From Stylophora pistillata (taxonomy: Eukaryota), in the NCBI RefSeq assembly GCF_002571385.2, contig NW_019218020.1, positions 223,796 to 287,795 of the forward strand: 64,000 nt of DNA, given 5' to 3'. Below, one piece after another: positions 52,783 to 64,000 of the stretch. The translations under genes and the position numbers were made by a program. The notes below the pieces were generated by a model. The model was not told the DNA's origin. It saw only the letters and a program-made list of their open reading frames with translations, and ran no database searches. The number at the start of each line of letters is the position of its first letter. Positions within the stretch are counted from its first letter, which is position 1.

Positions 52783-54891
52783 ATGGAGGTTGCTACGGCT
52801 GCCGAGAGGTATGTTGAGTATACAATCAACTGAGCGTTATTTTTCGCTGCTCTAGAAAGTATCAATAAGTCACAAATCGCATTTTTTAACACTGGACTCG
52901 TTAAAATCGATCGATGGCTGGCTGCAAAATGATTATGGTTGTCACAAATCGCATCAATCGAGGACTCAAACTTAGGTTCGAAGTCGAAGTTTCCTTCGAT
53001 TTCTCTCCGTTCCTATTGTACATTTTTAAGTTGGTTTGATTTAGATCTCATGAAATTCCCAGAATTTATACGGATATTTTAACACTGACTATGAATTTGT
53101 ACGACCTGCGTATCTGCAAATCGTTTGATCACACTCACAGCCATTCTCTTTATCTTGTAGGAGGGCCAATGGATTTTGCAGGTAATCTTCATAGCATTTT
53201 TTTGATAAAATCCAATTATGTCTTTCCTCTATAAATTCTCCATACTGTTGTTCATTATACATTTCCTAAGTTGCTAATGAGGAGAATTTTTTTAACAATC
53301 AAGAGCTTCTTTAGTCGGTGATCATTTCTTTTATTCCCGTGACCTTGTTAAGTGAATCAGGGATGACACGGTACAGAGAAACTCTAAAATGATGAGAAAC
53401 AGAGAAAACTGAGAAACTGTAAAATGATGATAATGGCAGAAGCTCTTTACCTACATTTTTACTTAATAGGAATGCTATGGAATTAAAATTTTGGAGAAAT
53501 TAAAGCTTTTGATCATCGCACAAATTGTTCAAGTGGTTGGTCATGTATCGCATTTTTGAATTGACATTCTGATCTATCACAGGAAATAGAAGTATGCATA
53601 TAAACAACTTTATTGTTGACAGCTTAATCTATGCACCTTTTTATGCTCTGTTCCCACTGACTACTGTCATTTCTCCTTCCTTTCCATAACTTTTAGGTTG
53701 GTTTGTGTAGATGTTGATGGGGAATTGTCAATTATACTGAATCNNNNNNNNNNNNNNNNNNNNNNNNNNNNNNNNNNNNNNNNNNNNNNNNNNNNNNNNN
53801 NNNNNNNNNNNNNNNNNNNNNNNNNNNNNNNNNNNNNNNNNNNNNNNNNNNNNNNNNNNNNNNNNNNNNNNNNNNNNNNNNNNNNNNNNNNNNNNNNNNN
53901 NNNNNNNNNNNNNNNNNNNNNNNNNNNNNNNNNNNNNNNNNNNNNNNNNNNNNNNNNNNNNNNNNNNNNNNNNNNNNNNNNNNNNNNNNNNNNNNNNNNN
54001 NNNNNNNNNNNNNNNNNNNNNNNNNNNNNNNNNNNNNNNNNNNNNNNNNNNNNNNNNNNNNNNNNNNNNNNNNNNNNNNNNNNNNNNNNNNNNNNNNNNN
54101 NNNNNNNNNNNNNNNNNNNNNNNNNNNNNNNNNNNNNNNNNNNNNNNNNNNNNNNNNNNNNNNNNNNNNNNNNNNNNNNNNNNNNNNNNNNNNNNNNNNN
54201 NNNNNNNNNNNNNNNNNNNNNNNNNNNNNNNNNNNNNNNNNNNNNNNNNNNNNNNNNNNNNNNNNNNNNNNNNNNNNNNNNNNNNNNNNNNNNNNNNNNN
54301 NNNNNNNNNNNNNNNNNNNNNNNNNNNNNNNNNNNNNNNNNNNNNNNNNNNNNNNNNNNNNNNNNNNNNNNNNNNNNNNNNNNNNNNNNNNNNNNNNNNN
54401 NNNNNNNNNNNNNNNNNNNNNNNNNNNNNNNNNNNNNNNNNNNNNNNNNNNNNNNNNNNNNNNNNNNNNNNNNNNNNNNNNNNNNNNNNNNNAGGACATC
54501 CACCACAAAGTAATCTCGTGGGTGGGAAATTAACGTCTCCTACCCCTAACCCTGCAGGAGACGGGGCCTACGGTTTACTCGTCCATATCCGAGAAGACTA
54601 GAATATCTATCCATTTCTTGATATTATAGAAAGGTAGCAAATTCAATCCATGAGTATTGGTCCCGCTGGGGCTCAAACCCTTGACCTCCCACACAACACA
54701 ATCCGGCGCTCTAACCAATTGAGCTAACCAGGACACAGTTTGTGCCACAATTAGTTTCTTGTCTTGGAAACTGTGAGGGTGATATACATAATTATTTCTT
54801 TGGTTCAAAATTATTTGTCAGGTATTACATACGTGGAGAATGCAGGGAGGGAGATAAATGTAGATTTTCACATGACAGCAAAGATGTCCCT
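52783..54891 (+). CDS. 5' exons of a CCCH zinc-finger protein gene
   Basis: Exons 52783-52808, 53161-53180 and 54822-54891 splice (GT-AG, phases match) to MEVATAAERRANGFCRYYIRGECREGDKCRFSHDSKDVP, i.e. C-x7-C-x5-C-x3-H. Confidence 0.75.
54495..54735 (-). mobile_element. tRNA-derived SINE, third family
   Basis: Minus-strand head tggttagctcaattggttagagcgccgga..gggaggtcaagggtttgagcccc. Confidence 0.6.
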
Positions 54892-55299
54892 GTAAGTATA
54901 TATATCACTATTGGATAATTAACTCTGAATTTAACAACTGTTGTGCCTGATAGGTTAGATGCATAGATGAATTCAAACTGCTTTATATGGTTTTCCATTT
55001 ATGTATTGTTTATATGCTGGGTTACTTTTCGCATCTAAGAGTATAATAGACACTTCACTAAAATAAAAACAACAACAATCTACATAGACTTAACTTACCA
55101 TGGATTTCTGAAGCCTGGAAGCAGGCTTTTACATTAAGCTATAATCTCCTCAGAAGCTTGGTTCAATTTACAATTGTAACTGGCCATGAATATGTCATGG
55201 CCGTGCCATGAATATGTCATGGCCGTGCCATGAATGTGTCAGAAACCCACAGGAAAGAGAACACAATCTTTTCAAACCAGATTGGGGAATTCCTTTATG

Positions 55300-57631
55300 A
55301 AGTGGTAGAGGCCAACTGAGAACTTCTCCAGGTTTTTCGTGCTTTCTGAGAGAGAGACCAAAAATATCATCCAATGTCAAAATACAAAACATACTGGTAA
55401 GCATTCTCAAAAAAGAAGATTAAATGAATTAATGTTCATAAGATAATCACAAAGGTGAAAAGTAAGAGGTAAAAAAAAATATGTAAGATGTAAAATGCTC
55501 TCATTCTTTTCGTCCCTTTCCATTGATACACTAGTTGCTTTTTTTTTGTTTTCTCTTGCTGTATTGTATTGTTTGTAATTAGATTTTCATAGAAGTGCAG
55601 GCCCAGACTAACATTGGCTACCCTCAGTTCAGGGGAATATTAAAAACATAATTCAAAAAGCAAAGTATACTAAAAGATTGTTGTTTTGTCGTGGAAGGAA
55701 ACCAGGCCAGAACCTACAATCACAATTCAGACTAGAAACTACTGGGCCACTGTTTGTACCACAATTAGTCCTCTGACAAGATCTTTTTCGAATGACCACA
55801 AACAATGAGCTCTTTCACCTTGATTGTTACACAGGGATGCTTCTGGTTATAGTAGCTTCCAGTCATCTTTGAGCCAAAAAAAGTTTAATCACAGTTCGGG
55901 TCATTTTATGGGTAGGACTCAAAATACTTTCTTCCCTCTAAGGTTTGTCACTATTATCAGGAAGGACGCTGCTTATTTGGAAAAGATTGTTGGTACAATC
56001 ACCCAGATGAACAACTTTTAATGTGAGTCAGTATAAACCAAATGTCTGTAGATATGAATGCAGTGTGATTATCTTCTTTAACCCTTGAGCTCTCAGAAGT
56101 GATAAACATGTTACTTCTCCCCATACTATACATACTTTATGCAGTAAAAAGGTAAAGAGAAAATTAAACTTATCAAGAAGTTGTCACCAAATTCTCATAA
56201 CAAATTGACAAGGAAATGTGTTGCAGCTAGAGGGGAGGATAAAAAATCAGATCTTTGGAGTTTAAGGGTTAAAAGTTGAATTTTACAGGGAGTTGCGGTG
56301 GCCTAAAAGTTGGCACATTGAGCTATGGGTTGACGAGGGGGGCAAACTATGTTGTGTTCTTATTTTACTGTCCCAGATTTTTTCTCCACTCAGTAGTGTA
56401 ATTAAATACTAGCAACTGTCAGGGAAGCATGTCAAAATACTGGGGGGTGTAACCTTCTATGAACCAGCATCTCCCCCAGGGGAAGAAGCTTTACCTGTAG
56501 TTGCATTGTGCTACAGAAACTGGAATAAGCTGTGCTTGTAGACTTGGTGCTAGCTTACAATGCAGGCTTCCTACCAGGGAGTATTGACATTACAAAGTTG
56601 CGATTGTTCATCCAACCAGCCATTTTTTATTGAGAGTTGCGGTGGAGAGGGGGGGAATAATCACTGCCCCACTCTCTCCCCTCTCTTTCTTCTTGACCTT
56701 TGCTCAACCGCTTGGTACAAATTTATTTATCTGCTGCTGTAAAAATCAAATATGGCAGCTATGATTTTTACCATGAGAACATTGTTCAATCACATGCCAA
56801 ACTTCTGCCTGCTCTCCAGGCTAAATTAGTGCTCTGCAAACGAACTAATTGAACCATGATCTTTCTTTCAACAAACAAATTAGGATATTGCCACCAAATT
56901 ATAGAAGGTTCAGGGAAATTTATTATGGACCATTGTTGATCATCATCTATTTAATTTATTTTTCATTTTTTGTTTAAAGGCCTACTGTTTATCCAGCTAT
57001 GGCTGTTATTGGTGAGTGAACTATACCATGTCTAGATTCACCCAAATTAAAAGATAATTTACCCCCTGGGAACTCAAATCATCTGATTACAGTGATGTCT
57101 TCTATGACCTTTGTTAAATGCACAACCTTATTTCAAGGGCCTCTCTTCTTTCCACCCATGGGAAAGTGGAAATTTCGGAATGAAAAATGAGGCAAGAAGT
57201 GTTCATATCACTATGTATTGTAACAGTTCCATATACCTAGATTTCTTTATAGATTGCATTGTATCATCCCGTATAAAGCATTTTAAGTGGTAGAGGCCAA
57301 CTGAGAACTTCTCTAGGTTTTTCGTGCTTTCTGAGAGAGAGAGACCAAAAATATCATCCAATGTCAAAATACAAAACATACTGGTAAGCATTCTCAAAGA
57401 AGAAGATTAATTGAAATAATGTTCATAAGATAATCACAAAGGTGAAAAGTAAGAGGTAAAAAAATATGTAAGATGTAAAATGCTCTCATTCTTTTCGTTG
57501 CGTTCCATTTTTATGCACTATTTGCTTTTTTTGTTTGTTTGTTTGTTTTCTCTTGCTGTATTGTATTGTTTGTAATTAGATTTTCGTAGAAGGGCAGGCC
57601 CAGAATAACATTGGCTACCCTCAGTTCAGGG
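55300..57631. repeat. ~340-bp local direct duplication (55300-55634 and 57285-57631)
   Basis: Near-identical blocks aagtggtagaggccaactgag..ctaccctcagttcaggg. The ORF track shows twin ORFs MRMLTSMFCILTLDDIFGLSL. Confidence 0.9.
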
Positions 57632-57732
57632 TTGTTCCATACAGATTTCTTTGTAGATTGCATTGTATCATCCCATCTAAAGCATTTTAAACATTACAGA
57701 ATTTTCAGTCTAACTGAATGATTCTTCCGTCA

Positions 57733-58053
57733 GAAATGGGCGCCGTTGAAGCAGGAGGCAATCTTAACCTGCTGTTAGCTGCTGCTGTTGCTGGAGCACA
57801 AACAGATGATGATGATGATGATGACAGCAGCAGTGATGGTGACCATGGGCGTGACCCTCTGACCTTAGACGAAGCTATGGAAATGTGGAACTGGCACAAA
57901 ACGAGACAAGGTCAGGGGTCGATTACTGGAGTCGGGATGACCCTATCAACATTTTTCCTTATGATAAAATTAATTGAACACCTGTTTTGATTGGTTCTGA
58001 GAAATGTCTATTGAAAGACGGATGCATAGAGTATATCACCATCGATAATATTT

Positions 58054-58085
<32 letters not shown>

Positions 58086-60830
58086 TAAAGCCAGACCGGT
58101 GTCCTGCGTTATAGAACGACTTTTAAGACGTTAAAACATGCCCAGGTGATAGTGTAGGTCCCTCTCTCTCCTCACTTACAAGGAAACCCGACCACACCCA
58201 GTTTTTAGTCAGTATCTTTATATTCGTTTCAGCCCGTGAACAATCAAGTGAAGCCAAGCAAACAGAGGAAGACAGTGATGAATCCAGTAACGACTCCGAC
58301 GCGTCCATTTGCTTAGAGAAACACATCCACGAGTTCTTTCACGAACTCAGAAACCATGACTTAAGTTCATGGGAAACTGAAACGGTGTATAAGCTCATCT
58401 CTAATCTGGCTGAATTGTCCATCAAAGAATTTGACGAGTATAACATCGCATTGAGCTTAATCTTGGGGGAAACTGTTCGTCATTGGCGCCCATCTGCCAG
58501 CGGTACTGCAGAATTGTTCTTGAAGATATGTGAGAAGGACGACTCAGATCTTTCTAGTTTAGTTCTTACGCTGTGTAACGCGCCAGTTAGAGTCAAATTT
58601 CTGGAGAGCCACATAGCATGTATTTTGACGGTCGCGCAAAAGACTTTCACCAAGGAGTGGTCTGCGGAAGCTGTGGGGAAACTTCTTCAAGTTGTCGAAG
58701 ATAATGGGTTTAATATCGACGCTACAGAGGTTTTTCATCGTATGGGGAGAGAGCTCGCAGACCCTGAGGCATTAGGGAAGCTTGTTCGGGAATATCTCCT
58801 AGCTACGGGAGAAAAAGATTCTTTCAAATGTAGATGTAAGACGGCTGAGTGTGAATGCACAGTTACAGTGGACGAAGGTGTCGCTTATATCGTTTTCGCA
58901 GGACTAGAGAGGAAGATGAATTGGGACGACGAAAAGAAATTAGCGTTCTTCAGGACTGCCACAGATACGTTATGGGCACCTGATGTTTTGAGCGAATTAG
59001 GTAACCTCATTGAATTTATATGTGGCTCTAAGGCGGTGCAACTAGCCTGTTGGCAGGTCTTCCTTATTTGAGCTGTGGGGCGCGCTTGTCATTTGTCACT
59101 TTACTCTGCGGCTAGTTTCCTTCCATGATTTCGCACTTTTGTTTGCGCTTGTTTTGATTGGTGATCACATCGACACGTTTTGACTGACTTTCCTTTTGTT
59201 CCAAACCTGCTCCTAAATATGCCCTCTTTTGGGGATAATGGACTGAAATGTCTGCTGTTTACTACGGATTGTTTTGTGAATTTGCACATACTGTAATGTC
59301 GTCTTCAAGTTGTTTCAATTTTTTGACAGTCATATATCTTGTTCTGAAGCAAAACGATCCTCACAAAAAGGCACGCAATTTCATTACACGCAGTGTTTCT
59401 AACAATTTTCGTTTCCACCTTCTCTTAAAGGTGAACTTTTCAATATCAAGGATCCCATGAACGTTTGCCAACCTCGAGTTGACAAACGCCTCAACTGGAA
59501 TGCGAAGGAGTTTGTGAAGGCTGAAGAGCGCGCTGTTGTAGAGAGACCTCAATCGAAACCAAACAACCAAGGAAAATATCAGTGCAAAGGAGCAAAATGC
59601 TCTAACCAGCCCAAGAAAGGCTGCGAATTTGAAATGTGTGGACGGTGTTGTAAAAAGATCGCCGAGCCATGTTCCGTCCACGATGATGCGTTTAGTGTAT
59701 TCGAGCGCCCAGTTTTCGAACAGAATTTAAGCTTCTACAGGATTGAACCCAAAGTTTTCTTCAGGTTTGTATATAAAGGAATTAGTAGTTCATTTGTAAA
59801 GTTGTGCAATACCAAAACAACAACAACATTGACTTTATTTTTTAAAATGAAAGAAATAAAGGCTTTTATTTGAAAACTCAAAAATTCTCAAAAAACCGGA
59901 TACAAAACTTAAACCAATCACGACTTTCCCGCATTTCGCGTGGTTTTCTTTTTTACCTTGAGCTCTCATTGGTTCCTTGTGAGATCCTTCTTTGTTCTGA
60001 TTGGCTATTGTTTCTTAGCCCTTGGTTTTGACCTAGATCAAAATCTTCTCCAACTTGCGACACAAGCATAGTGAAGATAGATAACAAAAGATTTCCTGAT
60101 AACTTAGAGGTTTTAAAAAATGAGCAAGTGCAACGTTTTTAACGTACTGACTTCCTCCTCCAGCCTCGAGCGATTACTTGTGGGGCTCACAAATGATCAG
60201 GAGTTTATTTCATTCGACGGGGAAATTTCCTTTTATCAAAATTTTATTTTGTTGAATATGTTTAGTTCCAGGGACGATTTGGATGATGTCAGCGGTACTC
60301 CTACACCATTTCGAAGCGTGACATTCGGTTCAGAATTTTCTGTGCGGGACGATGACATCATAAAAGCCGTGGACTTATGCAAGGACAATTTACTGGTACT
60401 AGAGCTTGGATCCTCAAACACAGGGACTGGGGTATGGTTGTCAGATGCAGCCGTGCACCACATTGCCAGCAACTGTCCCAATCTGCGCAAACTCCGTTTG
60501 GAGTCCGTCACGGGGGCTACCGATGCCGCGGTCATTGATATCATGTACAGGTGCCCGCTGCTGGAAGAACTAGAAGTCAGCGGTCATGATCGCAGCTCGG
60601 GGTCTCTGACGGATGAATGTATTAAGCGCTTGTTTGACTTGAGTGTGTTGCCAAACTTGAAGGGCTTAATCATCACTGATCAAATGCGCGTGCACCATGA
60701 TGTGGTATACCGACTGCGCAGGCGTCGACCCAAGCTGAAAATCATCGCTGGCGAAACCGACAGCGACAGCATGGCGCACTCCATGGTGCTAGGAATGATG
60801 GGGATGTTCTATGGAGACGGGCTATATTGA
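57733..60830 (+). CDS. 3' exons of an uncharacterised protein: acidic tract + helical domain + SHI/LRP1-like Cys-rich zinc finger + cysteine-containing LRRs; probably continues the CCCH gene
   Basis: Phase-consistent exons 57733-57910, 58233-59000, 59431-59764 and 60266-60830 join four separate track ORFs. Finger: CKGAKCSNQPKKGCEFEMCGRCCKKIAEPCSVH. LRRs: LSDAAVHHIASNCPNLRKLRL and TDAAVIDIMYRCPLLEELEV. Confidence 0.75.
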
Positions 60831-62632
60831 TTGGTTCTCTCTAGGCTGAGGTTTAAGTACGATGGCTCCGCCCACGAAAGAACTGAACGAGATTTTCCAG
60901 TAAATCAAGAATTTGTCAGAGCCCTGGATTAGTGATCCCAAAAAGCCAAAGTTGTTACCAGATGCTATGTTTGATTTGAAAAGCCTGGGCTAATTTTAGC
61001 CAATGAGAGGCACCTTTACGTGACTTTTTTCATCAGTGCTGTTTGAAGTACAGTTTGATGTTTAGAATTATGTTGGAGTAACAAAAGGAGAATATTAATT
61101 GAATCAAAAGAAAACTTTAAAATCAGTGTTTACTATGTTGAACCTGTAAATTATGATTAGTAAATAACGGACGTGTGTCAAGAGTTCAAATAATTATAAA
61201 TTCATTATTTAATTATTATGTTTAATATTATAGAAGAGTGACTTTGATTATTACTATTGGCTCAGTTTAATTCAATTTAGCGCACATTTGTCGTGGAGAA
61301 CTTTACGACATCAACGTAAGGAATTTTGTCTCCACAGTATTGTGATAGTGTTGTATATTTGTGTTCTGGCTGGCCTGGACAATAAAATGTTAACCCTACC
61401 CCATACTGTTCTGTATCAAGAGAATATAAACTGCCACTATTCATTTCCTGAGGTGCTGACAAGGAGAATTTGTTTAACAATCAACAGGTTGTTTATTTGA
61501 TCATTTCCTTTATTCTCGTGACCTTAATGGGTGATTTAGGAGGGATGATATTGTAAGGAGAAATTTGATTCTAGTAACTCTTCGGGATTAAATAATTATG
61601 CTCGTTTAAGAGTCCTGCTGAGGGTATTACAAGGAACTTAAAAAATAAGTCGATTGAAGTACCAAGATGTAGAGATTGATACAAAGCTTTAGAATTGCAT
61701 TTAAAAGGTTCATAGGACCAGTCAGCCTTCGAAAGAGTGCTTTGCACTGTCTTGGAAGGGAGGGGATATACACCTGATAACGTTCACAGGACCTGTTCCG
61801 CCCATTTTCCAGTTATTGTCAATTCTTTCTTTATTTGTGTTAAAACGGGTGCCCCATGGGTATCATTACAGAAGTTTACTATCTAGAGCCCCTTTCTTGG
61901 TTGGAAACTGGAACAATCTGTGAAATGTGGTCGGTAGTTTTATGAGGCAACCGTGGTGGTGATGGAGGGTAGAGAAATTTCACACAGGGAGGGGTGGTTG
62001 ATGTACTTTTGCACCACAGGACTTCACAATCTTTGCCGTTCTTCCCTTCTGCTAGTGACACCTGACTATACAGTCTTATCAGAGGAAACAGTAGAAGTGT
62101 AGTTTTCTTACAGTGTGGTGATTCTCCGACAGTGCAGGACCAAAAATCACACCATTTGACCAGTGTTACTTTACTCTCAGTGTAAATTCCTTGCAATCAA
62201 TCGACTTTTCGCGAACAAAATCTTTCTCTGTTAGCGACCTGACAAATCGCTTGATAAAAAAGACATTTTACGAGTAATTGTATATGAATGAAAACACTGA
62301 TTCAAAGGGGTTTGTTTCTCAATAAAGAAGATAAATTTCAATAGCTATTCAGTACAAAATGAGATCTAAATGAACACTTTAAATCATCTCCATGGACAAA
62401 TCGCAATGTAGGAGTGAATGAAAATCTCGAAATTATGGAAGTTGTACTGGTAATCAAGTAAAATGTTCATAAAACTCTGAAACGAATTTTTACTTACAAT
62501 CATTATAGCGATGTCGTGTCTGTACCGTGTTTCAAGTAATAAGCAGTTTTATTTTCGTTTGAATCAAACGATTCAAAGACAAAAATAATGTTTTTGTATC
62601 CTAAAGTTAACGTTCAGTTTCTTCTTTCCGCT

Positions 62633-63175
62633 CTATTCTTGATAGACTCCATAGACTACCGCTACAGCGAATATTTCAGAATTTGTAAACACTGCGTCTA
62701 CCCAGGAATCGTGTTTTTCGTCCCACAGAAAGCGGCTAGCAATTCTAACGTCTTGCCCTTTTATCTGCCCAATGCTCACACTAGAAACGATCTTGAAGCG
62801 AGTGAATCCCAGAAGCTTGACTCTCTCGCATATTGTATGAGAAAGAGATTTGCTCAAAGTACGGCATTTGATGGCATCATACTTCACACCCTTCAACGAA
62901 GACGACAGCGTTTCGTCTAGGATTTCCTTCACTTCACTCATATGAAATCGCTTGTCCGGTTCCATCTTGAAGGTGTTTTCGTAGTTGACTTTCTGATGAA
63001 GAGTGTGCAATTGGCTCGGTACAATGTTAGGGATGGAAACAATGCTGGATCCACGGTCTCGTTGAACTGGAAACCCGACCTCGAACAAACTTGAACGTCT
63101 CGCTTTGTGTGCCGAAGCCGCGGGCTTCTCCGGACCGCTGTCCGTTTCTTGAGTAGAATCTTCTTTTCCAGACAT
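62633..63175 (-). CDS. Tctex1-domain protein (dynein light chain Tctex-type, TCTEX1D1/DYNLT5-like), intronless CDS
   Basis: YENTFKMEP..F....VKEIL...L..KYD..........I.ERVKLLGFTRFKIVSSV.IGQ..GQDVRIASRFLWDEKHDSW.....N.EIFAVAVVYGVYQE. The first ATG is at 63175. Confidence 0.9.
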   Translation of the reverse strand: MSGKEDSTQETDSGPEKPAASAHKARRSSLFEVGFPVQRDRGSSIVSIPNIVPSQLHTLHQKVNYENTFKMEPDKRFHMSEVKEILDETLSSSLKGVKYDAIKCRTLSKSLSHTICERVKLLGFTRFKIVSSVSIGQIKGQDVRIASRFLWDEKHDSWVDAVFTNSEIFAVAVVYGVYQE

Positions 63176-64000
63176 CAAAGCTCCGCCTATGGTAACACAA
63201 GCTTTAAATTGAAGTGCACAGCTCCTTTGAAACAAGTCGAATTTAGTTCAAAGTACTTTTTATCTCCTTCTTGACGATTTCGTTTCTGTCGCCGATGTTA
63301 GACACGTGACCTCAAAGACGCGTCATCATTCGGTTAGTTCCCATGCTTCTAGCCGGGTCCTAGCGAGAGACGAGGCAATTATACTAAAACTGAAGTAGTG
63401 TTTTCATAAACGGATAAGGCTTTACTAGTAGTGGATACCCTGGGGATTCTTGATACCTAATTCAGGAAGGGAAGAGCTACAATTATTTCAGAGAAATTAA
63501 AACAGAAAAATCCATGTCAATTCGAAGAGGACACCGTGGAAGGGGCCTGTCTACCCCTTAGGGTTCAAACCTAAAACGAGGGTCTCGATGAATCATTTGG
63601 CTTAAAAAGGCCAAAAAAATTAGCTGCTAGGCGCAAAATTTGACAAATTTTAACCCATCGTCGTAAAAAAATTTATCCGTGAAAACAATTTCTGGTGACA
63701 AACATGGAATGATATCAATCATTAGCCGTAATAAATATTAATTGGCCAAAGTTTTAACAGTAAAAGGCACCGTAAACGCCATCACTCCATTGGCTTCTTG
63801 TAATAAAGGCTCCTGCCTTTAATTATGTACAAGGCGGGCCTTGAGCTGAATTGAATACTGAAAACCCACCATTTAGGGAGCATTTATTATTCATCACCTG
63901 GGGTTTGGAGGATTTGAGGGGTCATATGACTTTTCGGGGTAAAACTGAGGGGGGGACTGTAGAAAATTGGTTGCCGATGAAGGAGGCAGAGCTTTTTTTG

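Noticed and set aside
53667-54513. Three long ORFs in the track
   Set aside because: They are artefacts of translating the N gap.
58385-60830. Three separate single-exon genes (228, 138 and 236 aa)
   Set aside because: Phase-matched splice sites join them, and the ORF ends outside the exons read as intronic sequence.

Overview
AT-rich, intron-rich animal DNA with assembly gaps (N runs at about 10919-11037, 13882-13892 and 53744-54492; single Ns at 1649 and 51847). Repeat and gene content suggest an anthozoan, probably a stony coral (inference). In order: a DIRS/Ngaro-type retrotransposon (gag + RT, - strand) abutting a LINE endonuclease fragment; a truncated EEP-fold ORF; an LRR-containing GPCR (-) with an in-frame UGA between TM6 and TM7; a Gremlin/Cerberus-like DAN cystine-knot gene (-) that lacks one knot cysteine; about 15 kb of noncoding DNA; a complete 27-exon RAD54-like gene (+); ALKBH7 (-, internal exons missing); a divergent multi-exon gene combining a CCCH finger, an SHI/LRP1-type Cys-rich finger and LRRs (+); and a single-exon Tctex1-domain gene (-). 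Introns and spacers hold many MITEs and tRNA-derived SINEs. The main signals the ORF track does not explain are a core-intact minimal hammerhead ribozyme (7098-7134, -) and a family of short, foldback, TSD-flanked non-coding elements built from back-to-back hammerhead motifs (Penelope-like/retrozyme-like). All calls were made by reading the sequence; no searches were run.
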